Positions 1 to 11,220 of a stretch of 64,000 nt of DNA are shown in pieces. The notes under the pieces were generated by a model. The model saw only the letters and a list, made by a program, of their open reading frames with translations, did not search any database and had not been told where the DNA came from. Source of the DNA: Octopus bimaculoides (lineage: Eukaryota); assembly GCF_001194135.2 (NCBI RefSeq), contig NC_068981.1, positions 154,546,098 through 154,610,097 of the forward strand, written 5' to 3'. Position numbers and translations under genes: made by a program. Positions within the stretch are counted from its first letter, which is position 1, and every line of letters starts with the position of its first letter.

Positions 1-43
<43 letters not shown>

Positions 44-130
44 TAAATTCACATGTGTGTGCATGTGTAACATGAAATATTACATACAAGTTCTTGTGGA
101 ACAAGGAAACTATAAAACCGGAGTACATAC

Positions 131-211
131 CCTAAGCGGTCTTGACTGTTTGGTTCAATGCCATAGCTTATGAGAATCTGGCAGATATTTGCATGTCCTC
201 CAAGAGCTGCC
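131..211 (-). CDS. INVS: Inversin coding exon F (most downstream in window; phase 2 to phase 2)
   Basis: Minus strand ctttcccag|G GCA GCT CTT GGA...CGC TTA GG|gtatgt. Encodes (W)AALGGHANICQILISYGIEPNSQDRL(G), matching recalled vertebrate inversin WAALGGNADVCQILIENKINPNVQDYAG. 81 nt; phase fits exon E. Not in the ORF track. Confidence 0.93.
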
Positions 212-475
212 CTGGGAAAGAATTTTAAGAATGTTCTTAAAGAAACAATACATTACTGTCAGAAATGTTCATTAAGCAACTCTTCAATTAATAAACCTGA
301 TCACAAATTTATATAAATATGTATCTCAAAGTCTGTGAGTACAACTGCTGGAGCCCTTTTTAATGACACTTGTTTTACTGTTACAATGAGTAACTATAAG
401 AAGGGTATCCCCCTGTAAAAGCCCATATACATACATACATATGTGTATGTATATACATACATACATATGTGTATG

Positions 476-508
<33 letters not shown>

Positions 509-544
509 GTATAAGATACACATACACATTGAATGTGGGGTTTA

Positions 545-690
545 GTTCACACATTGGTGTATTTTACATGCCACCTGCACAGGAGCCAGTCCAGCAGTCG
601 TCTCTCCTGCACACCACATCTGATGCTTCTTAGGTCCAACTTTTAGCACTCCAAGTGCATGAATGCCAGTCATGCCAGTCATACACCATT
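545..690 (-). mobile_element. Short, internally deleted RTE LINE 3' fragment
   Basis: Pieces match the RTE copies at 23390-23700 and 60150-60200 (atgccacctgcacaggag, caccacatctgatgcttcttagg). Confidence 0.55.
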
Positions 691-703
691 TTGAACGTGG
701 CTG

Positions 704-761
<58 letters not shown>

Positions 762-1310
762 NNNNNNNNNNNNNNNNNNNNNNNNNNNNNNNNNNNNNNN
801 NNNNNNNNNNNNNNNNNNNNNNNNNNNNNNNNNNNNNNNNNNNCAGTCTTGTGACTTTTTCAACTTAGAATTAAGTATAAAAAAGAATTAAATTGTGGAA
901 AAATTAAATGAAATGTTTCTTTAAAATATTTCCACAGATTTCAAATACATGGGAAATTTTCCTTTTTTCTGTCTCTTTCTCTTTTGCTTTTGTGAAAGCT
1001 CGGTAGGCAGGTAGTAGGAGATCTGAAGGAATATTTAATATGAGTGAAGTGGGTTCTTGGTTTTGATTGTTTTAGCAGCAGTAGCTGAAGAAGGAGATTG
1101 TGAAGAAGAAGAAGAAGAAGAAGAAGAAGAGGAGGAGGAGAAGAAGAAGAAGAAGAGACAGAATAAGAAAAGTACAAGAGTGGTATGACAGTAGTAGGTT
1201 GTTGGTGAAGTGCTCTTAAATGGTCAAGTGCCCTAAAAGTGACCTGTTGTGGTTATAGTAGTAGTAATTGGAATTGTTCTGTTCTGAATATATCATTTGT
1301 AATATTTGTA

Positions 1311-1528
1311 AGGCGGCAAGCTGGCAGAAATGTTAGCATGCCAGGTGAAATACTTAGCAGTACTTCGTCTATCTTTATGTTCTGAGTTCAAATTCCGCCG
1401 AGGTTGACTTTGCCTTTCATCCTTTCAGGGTCGATAAATTAAGTACCAGTTGTGTACTTGGTTTGATCTAATTGACTGGCCCCCTCTCCCAAAATTTCAG
1501 GCCTTGTGCCTAGAGTAGAAAAGAATAT
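1311..1528 (+). mobile_element. tRNA-derived SINE family A
   Basis: B-box-like gagttcaaattcc followed by gttgactttgcctttcatcctttcagggtcgataaattaagtacc; several related copies in the window. Confidence 0.75.
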
Positions 1529-1589
1529 TTGCATGGTTATTATTTTAAGGCCCTTGTAGTAGTGTCATTTGTGGTGGAGGCATTCAAAA

Positions 1590-2860
1590 GGGGTTTATAT
1601 TTTCCAATAAAATATGACTCTTTGCTAATGTTCTGATTATAGGTTCATTGTCCCTGAATTTATACAGGGGAAAAATGTCAATGTGTTTGCTGAATGCTAT
1701 TTTCCTGTATTCCCAAATTTTAATCTGGGATCTATGTAGTGGCATCCTTTGGTGTAGACTGTTTTTGGTTTGGCCTATGTATTGCTCTCAACACCCTGAG
1801 CAAGTTAATGCATATATTAGGTTTTCTGAAGCACATGCAAGGTTGTTTTTCACTGTAAAACGTTGACCCTGTTTGAAGGAGAACTCTGATTCCTCAATTA
1901 GGTTGATGCATATACCACAGTTTGGTCTTCTGCATTTTTTTACTGATGGCTTCAATGTTGTTGCTGAGTGTACTTGGGCTTGTGTTAGGAGACTTTTCAT
2001 AGATTTGGGTTGTCTTTTGCTCTTTATTATGGTGTGCGTTTGGAGGATTAAATTCATTCTGTGGTCACTTTTTTGCCAAGGAATGTTCTGGAGGATGGTG
2101 TTGAAGGTTTCATTGTTAAGGGGGCTGCATGTGGAGATGTATAGTAGGGCTTTTGGTTGTAAATCTTTCTTTAGTTTGGGATGTCTGTGTTTGTGGATGT
2201 TGAGTTGTAGGGCATGTTGAAAGCCTATATCAATTAGTGATGGTGGATAGTTCTTGGTGATGAGTGTATCCTTTAGTTCATGTAGTTGTGTGTCCCTGGT
2301 GTTTGTATTAGAAACTATAGTACAAATCCTTTTTGCCAGGTTGAAGGGGATATTCATTCTAGTGTGTCTAGGGTAGCATGAGTTGAACGGTAGATATTGC
2401 TTGGAGTCCGTGGGCTTATAGTATATATCTGTTTCTATTTAGTTGTTGGATTTCTTAATGAGGATGTCGAGGAATGGAAGTTGTTGATGGCTATATTCCA
2501 TCATAAATTAAATATCTATGTCAAGTCCATTTATAAGTACTTAAAATTCTTTAAGTCTCTCTATAGTTGCATGCCAAAGAATGGAGCAGTCATCCAGATA
2601 CCTCTTCCAGTTATCTATGTAGCGGTAGAATGGGTTGCCATATTTTTCTAGCACTTTACGATAAAGACTGATTTCTAGATATCCCATGATTAGGTTAGCA
2701 TAGGAGGGGGATCCATTGCAGTCCCCAATTTTTGTCGATAGAAGTTGTCTTTGAAGACAAAGAAGTTATTCTCCAAGATAAATTTTACCTATTCTATTAC
2801 GAATTCTTTCTTGATGCGGTGTGGGAGTTCACTGGAGTAATTCTTTAGCCAGAATTATAT
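1590..2860 (-). mobile_element. Penelope-like retroelement (Neptune-like), degenerate RT plus C-terminal GIY-YIG endonuclease
   Basis: RT motifs ILENNFFVF...GTAM and YANL.MGYLE near 2680-2800. ORF 1788-2357 carries the thumb region, a Cys-rich linker KCRRPNCGIC and NLIYALTCSGC; in frame past a TGA it continues EQYIGQTKNSLHQRM (GIY-YIG). Abuts (TA)n at its upstream end. Confidence 0.88.
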
Positions 2861-2884
2861 ACATATATATACATACATATATAT

Positions 2885-2930
<46 letters not shown>

Positions 2931-3148
2931 NNNNNNNNNNNNNNNNNNNNNNNNNNNNNNNNNNNNNNNNNNNNNNNNNNNNNNNNNNNNNNNNNNNNNN
3001 NNNNNNNNNNNNNNNNNNNNNNNNNNNNNNNNNNNNNNNNNNNNNNNNNNNNNNNNNNNNNNNNNNNNNNNNNNNNNNNNNNNNNNNNNNNNNNNNNNNN
3101 NNNNNNNNNNNNNNNNNNNNNNNNNNNNNNNNNNNNNNNNNNNNNNNN

Positions 3149-3200
<52 letters not shown>

Positions 3201-3224
3201 GTGTATGTATGTACATACATACAT

Positions 3225-4080
3225 TTCAAAAGTTAAGCAGAGAAGGAAAAAATAGACGGAAACTGGGGGAAAACATAACGACAGAAAAGAGAGACAAAAA
3301 CACAATACAAGGGATGTTCACAGCTTATGTTCTCATCAACTGGTATCTGAGACATCATACTGGTTTCATGCTATTTAAACCAAAACTACTATTATCTAAC
3401 AGGAGCGCCAGAGATAGACCCACAGGAAAAAGCTGATGAATGTGTGTGAGGACAAGTCAAAACAACTTCCCCCTTAACTGCCTCTCTTGGACCCTGTCCT
3501 CACTCTCTTTCATTCTCTCATCCCTTAGTCCCTCCACCACTCTTCCTTTCTACTACCATGTGACTGGTGTCCAGTCAAAGTGCATCATTCTTTTTCACCC
3601 TGCTGCTCACCCAGCCAGACACATCTGTGTTTTGTCCGTCAAGGACTTTTACCATTTCTTTGCGCTACCTCACTACATCTGTCTTGATAGACAAAAAGGC
3701 TTTTTCTGTTTGTATTGTATTGTTTTACTACTGTATACATATAATTATTCCTTCTGTTTATTGTACAATCGTAAGGCATTTTCTATTGTGTATGTACCAT
3801 TCCTTGTCTCTTATATCTTGTCATTATTTCTTATTGTACATGCAATGTTATTTTGTCCTGTCCTCACACACGTTTGTCAGCTTTTTCCTGTAGCTCTATA
3901 CTCTGGTGTTCCTGTTAGATAACAGAGGTTGTGGTTTAAATAGTGTGAAACTACTATTACGTCTCTGATGAGAAAGTCAGCTGCGAATGTTCCTTGTATT
4001 GTGTTTTCCTCTCTCTTTTCTCTCCATTATGTTTTTGCTCAGGTTTTGTTTATTTTTCCCTTCTCTGTCTAACTTTTGAA
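3225..4080. repeat. Inverted repeat pair (arms about 3225-3455 and 3859-4080, spacer about 400 bp), probable Penelope terminal repeats
   Basis: The reverse complement of 3225-3455 aligns along its length with 3859-4080 (ttcaaaagttaagcagagaagg / ccttctctgtctaacttttgaa; cacaatacaagg / ccttgtattgtg), by eye roughly three-quarters identical. Confidence 0.8.
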
Positions 4081-4833
4081 ATATTCATTGTGGTGCAATG
4101 TACCCCTGCTTGTTTATTTAACTGTATATTTACACACANNNNNNNNNNNNNNNNNNNNNNNNNNNNNNNNNNNNNNNNNNNNNNNNNNNNNNNNNNNNNN
4201 NNNNNNNNNNNNNNNNNNNNNNNNNNNNNNNNNNNNNNNNNNNNNNNNNNNNNNNNNNNNNNNNNNNNNNNNNNNNNNNNNNNNNNNNNNNNNNNNNNNN
4301 NNNNNNNNNNNNNNNNNNNNNNNNNNNNNNNNNNNNNNNNNNNNNNNNNNNNNNNNNNNNNNNNNNNNNNNNNNNNNNNNNNNNNNNNNNNNNNNNNNNN
4401 NNNNNNNNNNNNNNNNNNNNNNNNNNNNNNNNNNNNNNNNNNNNNNNNNNNNNNNNNNNNNNNNNNNNNNNNNNNNNNNNNNNNNNNNNNNNNNNNNNNN
4501 NNNNNNNNNNNNNNNNNNNNNNNNNNNNNNNNNNNNNNNNNNNNNNNNNNNNNNNNNNNNNNNNNNNNNNNNNNNNNNNNNNNNNNNNNNNNNNNNNNNN
4601 NNNNNNNNNNNNNNNNNNNNNNNNNNNNNNNNNNNNNNNNNNNNNNNNNNNNNNNNNNNNNNNNNNNNNNNNNNNNNNNNNNNNNNNNNNNNNNNNNNNN
4701 NNNNNNNNNNNNNNNNNNNNNNNNNNNNNNNNNNNNNNNNNNNNNNNNNNNNNNNNNNNNNNNNNNNNNNNNNNNNNNNNNNNNNNNNNNNNNNNNNNNN
4801 NNNNNNNNNNNNNNNNNNNNNNNNNNNNNNNNN

Positions 4834-4868
<35 letters not shown>

Positions 4869-4881
4869 GTATATACATATA

Positions 4882-5300
4882 TTGGGAGCAGTAGTCCAGG
4901 TGGCTGAGGATGAATGTCCTCCAGAGGACCATCATGGTTTCCTTCTCTCTGGTTCTGAAGGTTCTCAGGATCCAGCCAGCCAGTCATCTGTACTCTGTCG
5001 CCATCCTGACAATGTGCACTAGGAAAGAGGTGTCATCACTCATGTTGATACCCAGATCCCACACTGATTTAGGCTCTGGGATTGTAATCCCTTGTGGGCC
5101 AGTATACTCTCTAAATTTATTTTCAGTTTTGAGTGCTGGTAGTACAGGGCTTGGAATTTTCCAGCATTAAACTGCATATTATTGTCCTCAGCCCATCTGT
5201 ATATTGAGTCCAACTCCTACTGCAGATGTGCAACATCACTGGGATTTTGTATGATGACATCAAGAGTGTCAATGTGTGATCTAATAAGGGTATAGGATTG
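4882..5300 (-). mobile_element. CR1/L2-group LINE RT C-terminal relic
   Basis: Minus frames give LDSIYRWAEDNNMQFNAGKFQ, DLGINMSDD, GWILRTFRTRE and FILSHLDYCSQ, with stops and frameshifts. Confidence 0.75.
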
Positions 5301-6324
5301 GATGAATTCATTTTCCCTCTGTTCTATCTGTTCAATGGTTCTACAAAAACCATTGTTCTTCAGTGCAGCAGTAATTATGTTGTTTAGAGGATAGCCACTA
5401 GCTATCATCCATACTCACAATAGAAGTTTCAGTTCCTTGCTATCCCACCTCGGTGCCGTCTTTGTTTTCTAAGTTCAGAGGGGTTGGGAGGATAAAGAGG
5501 AAGTGAGAGAGACAGAGGGAGGTAAAGGAAGGGGAAGAGAAAGAGAGAGACAGAGTAAGGGAGAGTGAAGAATATATGCGGGAAAGGGAAAAGAATATAT
5601 ATATATATATATATATATGGTGATATGAGAGTTTATAAACTCTGCTACAGCGTAGCAGCCACTTGGAAATACACATAGCATATACATTAGTATATGTATT
5701 TAATAATAATATATATATATATATATATANNNNNNNNNNNNNNNNNNNNNNNNNNNNNNNNNNNNNNNNNNNNNNNNNNNNNNNNNNNNNNNNNNNNNNN
5801 NNNNNNNNNNNNNNNNNNNNNNNNNNNNNNNNNNNNNNNNNNNNNNNNNNNNNNNNNNNNNNNNNNNNNNNNNNNNNNNNTATATATAAATTTTATTTGG
5901 GTTTTAACATAAGAGTTTGCTTACAAAGCTCATCTAGAGCTACAGACTATCAGATACAGCTACAAAACGGAAATGGATAGTTTTACTGATAATATATCAA
6001 AAAATCCATAAATATTTGTAGAGTTTATATAATTATTAACAAGGAGAACAGAGCAAGGAATTCATTTTATTATGCAATTTTACAGCTGTTTCATTGATAT
6101 TTTATCACAATAGTATTGGATGTTATACATAAACCTGAGGAGTTGACATTTTTGCAGTATCAGTGTAATAATATCAATGCGATGTATTGTTGCGCATAGA
6201 TAAAAATATCGCAATACACTTCTGATAAAAGATCAATAAAACAATTGTAGGATTACATAACAAAATGAATTGCTTACTCCATACTCCATTCTCCTTGGTA
6301 ATAATTATATATATGCATAAGTCA

Positions 6325-6520
6325 GCAGGCTTAGAAAATCGTTAGCAGGCCAGGCAAAATACTAAGCTAAATGACATCTGTTTCTATGTTCTGAGTTCAA
6401 ATTCTGTCTAAGGTTGACTTTGCCTTTCAACCTCTCAGGGTCAACAAACTGAGTACAAGTTGAGCATGGGGTCAATGTAATTGGCTTATTCCATCCCCCA
6501 AAATTTCTGGCCATGTGCTG
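6325..6520 (+). mobile_element. SINE family A copy
   Basis: Homologous to 1311-1528 (gttctgagttcaaattct...gttgactttgcctttca). Confidence 0.7.
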
Positions 6521-7425
6521 GATAACCAACTTTGGTCATCAGTGACCAAAAGCATTGGCAGCATGTTGGTTTTCTAGAGCCAATACACTTAATTACCTCA
6601 TATAGTTGTAAATAATAATCATAGTCCAGGAACAACTTACAATGGTTTGCAGTGACAATATTGTGAAATGAAACAGTTTTATTTGTTTGCAGTACTGTTC
6701 TTGAGCCTGTGAATTGAATAAAATGTTTGCCTCTGCAAGTTTGATTTACCCAAAATATACACCTTGAAAGTAAAAACTTAATTGGTGCATTGTTGAAATT
6801 ACCATCATCATTACTACAAATCTATGCCAATATATCAATATGAAAACAGATGAGGAATAGGGTGATAATAAGATGATTTCATTGTTTTCTTCTTTATTAA
6901 ATTTTATATAGAAATAGTTCTATTTTCATTGAGTACATTAGTGACAAATGTGCTGCCCATCTATAAAATGTAGGCTGACACTAATCTTCTCGTATTGATT
7001 TGTCTCACAGGAAAATCACAACAGTTCTTGTTTCATGACATAAAAGTAAACCATCCCTTAAAATGCAGCCCAAACAATTCATTCAAATGTCTAAAATTTA
7101 GGAAACATTTAAATAAGTATGATAATAAAAGCATGGCAACATTGTGCTTGTGCAATGGCAGTTAGTTGAGAATTTCACACAGCAGATACCAGTAGGTTTT
7201 ACAGGTCAAGAAAAAAATCCACCTCATTTCAGGGCCTTCCCTTTGATGGCTTTACAGTGCACTGGCACCTCACTCAATGATGTGAGATCCCGCCTATTGA
7301 ATTGACTGACTAGTATTCAATCTTAAGTTTATTTTGGGATCATCACCACCCTTAAAATGTATATAAAAATTTTAGAATAAAATAAACAAAAAAAATTTTA
7401 AATGGAAAAAAATTTTAAATGATAC

Positions 7426-7633
7426 CAGTGTAATGGAGAATGGCCATCCTGGTCAAACATATCCACCCTGGCATCCCATTCTATCAAACATTGAACAACA
7501 TCTGTATGACCCATCTCACAGGCACGCAATAAAGGTGTATGTTTCATCAAATTTGTTCCATTGATGTGAGCCCCATTTTCCAAAAGAAGCTGAACTGTAG
7601 AAGAGTGACCTGAGAGGGCTGCTGCATGTAGAG
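7426..7633 (-). CDS. INVS: Inversin coding exon E (phase 1 to phase 2)
   Basis: cttccag|CT CTA CAT GCA...TTA CAC TG|gtatca. Encodes (A)LHAAALSGHSSTVQLLLENGAHINGTNLMKHTPLLRACEMGHTDVVQCLIEWDARVDMFDQDGHSPLH(W). The KHTPLxRACEMGH and DQDGHSxLHW motifs are characteristic of inversin. 208 nt; lies within ORF 7398-7664. Confidence 0.95.
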
Positions 7634-7709
7634 CTGGAAGAAAAGATGGTAAAGTTTGGTACACTTTGGTACAGAGAGAGAAAAAAAAGTATTAAAATAT
7701 TTCTTTTAA

Positions 7710-7928
7710 CCCTTTAGCATTTAAACAGGCCATATCTGGTCCAAATATTCCACCAGTTTTATGTTCGAACTGACCAGATTGAGCCTCTCACACCTACCAT
7801 ACAATGTCATTCTAAAAATAGACAATCACATCATCAAAATCTCAAAGGTGTGAGATAATGCCTGATAAATCCAAAACAATGTGAATACATAAGCATGCCA
7901 TTTGACAGAGTAATCAAATGCTAAATAG
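7710..7928. mobile_element. piggyBac-type MITE with TTAA target duplication
   Basis: TTAA(7706-7709) ccctttagcatt ... aatgctaaatag TTAA(7929-7932): imperfect TIRs, 219 bp, ending 77 bp from the exon E acceptor. Confidence 0.7.
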
Positions 7929-8384
7929 TTAAAAGACAAAACAAAACAGAGTTGTGGATGTTTAGCCCAAGGTAATCCCTAATTAAACAAATCTATAATC
8001 AGAGGTATTTCCAAAATTATCATCATAGGTGCTCCAGCTACAATCACCCCCATCTTTGTTCCCAGACATAACATTTTAAAGACTACATTATCCAATGTAT
8101 TGTTCCCTTTTTTAAGAAATGGTAGGGTATGCTTTGAGGAAAATTTGGTTGCTGTTTCAAGTAAACTGAACAGTCATATTGATGCCTTCCTTGGTCAACA
8201 CTTGTCTCATACAATACCATTTCCACTGCCCACAAAATGCAAAAAAATATTGATTTAAACCCTTCAAAGCCCATATTCAGTTAAAAGAAGGCCTAATTGG
8301 AAATTGTTATCACCATTGATATGACATAAGTCAATTCAAAGATGCAGTCTCTGAGTCACCACTACTATGAATAATAATTGTTTC

Positions 8385-8800
8385 TAATATAGGCACAAGG
8401 CCTGAAATTTGGCAGAGCCAGTGATGGTGATGATGTAGTCAATTACATTGAGCTCAGAACGGCAAAGTTGACCATCATAAGATTTGAATTCAGAAGGTAG
8501 AAAGCTGGAAGAAATGCTGCAAAGCATTTAGACTGACATGTTAATCAGTCTACCAGCTTGCTACCTTCAACCAATCAAAATAATTGTTTCTATGTTAGGC
8601 ACAAGGCCAGAAATATTGACCAAGGTGGTTAGTCATTACCACTAACTCCAGTACTTGGCTGGTAATTTAGTTTATTGAGCCAGAAGGGATGAAAAGCAAA
8701 GTTGACCTTGATGGGATTTGAACACAGAATGTAGGTAACTAAAAATAGTACAAGAATTTCACCTAACACTCCAACAATTCTGTCAATCCTGCACCACCAC
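8385..8800 (-). mobile_element. Two adjacent degenerate SINE family A copies
   Basis: Each reads aggcacaaggcc...gcaaagttgacc...gatttgaa, the reverse complement of 1311-1528. Confidence 0.65.
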
Positions 8801-8924
8801 TATCAACATCACCACCAAAATAATAATAACAGCAGCAACAACAACAACAACAATAATAATAATAACAATAATAATAATAGTAATAATTGTAGATGAAGAA
8901 AAGTGAAGTTGCTTCCTTATTGAC

Positions 8925-9290
8925 CCATCATGCCCATTTGACTCCAAGATCGTAAAGAAAGAAGAAGAAAAACAAAAAAAAATACAATCCCTTAAAGTTT
9001 GAAATAGGAAGAATTTGGAGCATGCGAACAGTAAATGTTGTACCTATAATAATTGGTGCATTGGGAACAGTAAGCCAAGATATAGACAAATGACTGAAGG
9101 AAATTGGAATAGAATGCCCGAAAGAGCTCCTACAGTAAGTTTGTCTCTTACGGACAGCAAGGATTATCAGGAGGGTTCTAAGTACTTGAAAGACTGCTGA
9201 AAACTTGTGGGTACCTAAGGTTAGAGGTAGTAACCTGCTATCCACATAATTCCTACCAGTAATAAGACCGAACCTGAGCCAAACCAAAAT
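8925..9290 (+). mobile_element. R4/Dong-clade non-LTR retrotransposon 3' fragment 1
   Basis: Plus frames CPFDSKIVKKEEE..KYNPLKFEIGRIWSMRTVNVVPIIIGALGTV...LLRTARIIRRVL (C-terminus of an RLE-type ORF). Preceded by (AAT)n at 8820-8890. Confidence 0.75.
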
Positions 9291-9327
9291 AATAAGAGAC
9301 TAGACATGATTATAGAGGACAAAATAA

Positions 9328-9635
9328 ATAGGCACAGGAGTGACTGTGTGGTAAGTAGCTTGCTTACCAACTACATGGTTCGGGGTTCAGTCCCACTGCA
9401 TGGCACCTTGGGCAAGTGTCTTCTACTATCGCCTCGGGCCGACCAAAGCCTTGTGAGTGGATTTGGTAGATGGAAACTGACCCCAGTGTTCAACTGGTAC
9501 TTATTTTATCAACCCTGGAAGAATGAAAGGCAAAGCTGACCTCAATGTAATTTGAACTCAGACCGTAAAGATGGATGAAATGCTGAAAAGCATTTTGCCC
9601 AGCATGCTAATGATTCTGTTAGCTTGCTGCCTTAA
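9328..9635. mobile_element. SINE family B head (+) fused to a SINE family A copy (-)
   Basis: 9328-9480 matches 17447-17600; 9481-9633 is the reverse complement of family A. Confidence 0.65.
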
Positions 9636-9654
9636 TAATGATAATAATAATGAC

Positions 9655-10224
9655 AAGGTAACCCCAAACCTCTACTGGCTACTATGCCATAAGTATGGAT
9701 ATGAGGTTACAGGTGCTTGGTACTAACATACACCGGAAAAGGTAATGGATGAAAAGGAGAAGGCAAAAATTGTCTGGGACTTTGACTCCCAGACAGATAA
9801 GGTATTAGAGCATTGAAGGCCAGATATAGTAATCTTTAGGAGGGACAAACAAGACTGCCTAATAAATGATGTGGCAGTGCCAGGAGATCAACATATCATC
9901 ATGAAAGAAAGAGAAAAGATTGATAAATATGGAGACTTGAGAATTGAGATCACTAAGATGTGGCAGCTATGAGTGTCAAACATAAAGGTTGTCCTTGTTG
10001 TCATTGGAGTGTTGGGTTCAATACCACCCAACTTGAAAAAACATCTGGAAACTTTAGAAATACCCTACAATCTAGGTGTATTGCAAAAATTGGCATTACT
10101 TGGAACTGCACGCATATTACATAAAGTACTGTCTGTCTGAGGTCCTTGTGACAGTACAAACCCCCAGTAGACACAATATCTTCAATCAGTAACATTATGA
10201 TATTAGATACTGTGCAATGTCTTA

Positions 10225-10225
<1 letters not shown>
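9655..10225 (+). mobile_element. R4/Dong-clade non-LTR retrotransposon 3' fragment 2 with restriction-like endonuclease
   Basis: Translates LYWLLCHKYG...HTPEKV...IVWDFDSQTDKVLEH*RPDIV...INDVAVPGD...KEREKIDKYGDL...VVIGVLG...LLGTARILHKVL*, containing the PD..D..K RLE motif. Ends in a (TAA)n tail at 10226-10346. Confidence 0.88.
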
Positions 10226-10319
<94 letters not shown>

Positions 10320-10346
10320 TAATAGTAATAATAATAATAATAATAA
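10226..10346. repeat. (TAA)n microsatellite, about 40 units
   Basis: Directly visible. Confidence 0.95.
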
Positions 10347-10907
10347 ATGCCCTGATGCAGTAACAAGCAGTGGTTTTCATGGCTTCTCATCTTAATATAT
10401 TTAAAGTGCTGTCATGTACATTGTTTTGTCTTGGTATAAAAGATGGGCTACAACAAATATTCTGCTCAATACCACAGATTTACCTGTCAGTTGTTTGACC
10501 TTAACCAGTTGAGCATGTCCCTTAGTGGCTGATGATATGTGCATCTCTGATCATGAGCAGAAGTAGTGGGAGATCATCATAGTCATGTGTTGAGAGGAAT
10601 TCTTTGGGGTTTGAATAATTCACCTCTGGAAACATGGGTATTTCATTCAACATCCTTAAACAACTCTTATTCAGGGACCTTTTGAGCAGGATGGGCTACT
10701 GGACTTGAAGAAAATTCTAACTGGGCCCCACCTGCGAGGTCATGTACTGTTTGTTTATCTTGATATGAGATCATCATGTCACGCATATATGGTCATGATG
10801 CATATGCTTGGTGTACCCTTATCAGACGGGTAGTCATGATGGGTATACTGGGCTTCGTATATTTTACCCCAGTGTCACTTTGATGGCATAGACTGCTCTC
10901 TCACTCA
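10347..10907. mobile_element. Unclassified 560-bp element bounded by (TAA)n on both sides
   Basis: Higher-complexity, more GC-rich island with sharp edges between two TAA tracts; no ORF or recognisable protein motif. Only one copy in the window. Confidence 0.5.
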
Positions 10908-10924
10908 ATAATGATAATAATAAT

Positions 10925-11220
10925 AGTCATTTCAGTAGTTGTAGGGGCACTCAGAACACTAACAACCAAGTTCGAGAAACATGTCAGAGAAATTGGAATT
11001 GAAATGAAGGTAGAGCATGCTAAAGACAAAAAAAACCCTGCTCTATTGAGATTTTGAGATTAGTACTTGGGTGTTGAGAATCTTCCATGATACTTAACAC
11101 CTAAATACCAAGTCTTATAATGTGTGGAAAGCTACCCTGTGGGACCTTTGACAACAGGATGTTGTCCACTCTCACAGAATTAACCAAAGCAAGTAAGATC
11201 AAGAGCTCTGAGAAGTAAAA
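10925..11220 (+). mobile_element. R4/Dong-clade 3' fragment 3
   Basis: VISVVVGALRTLTTKFEKHVREIGIEMKVEHA then degenerate ..ILRLVLG; flanked by TAA-type repeats at 10908-10925 and 11221-11240. Confidence 0.65.

Noticed and set aside
1788-1790. In-frame TGA inside the Penelope GIY-YIG region (CSGC*EQYIGQT) as possible selenocysteine or readthrough
   Set aside because: The position normally holds a small residue such as Gly (GGA to TGA is one change), and the same copy has other frame disruptions, so ordinary decay explains it.
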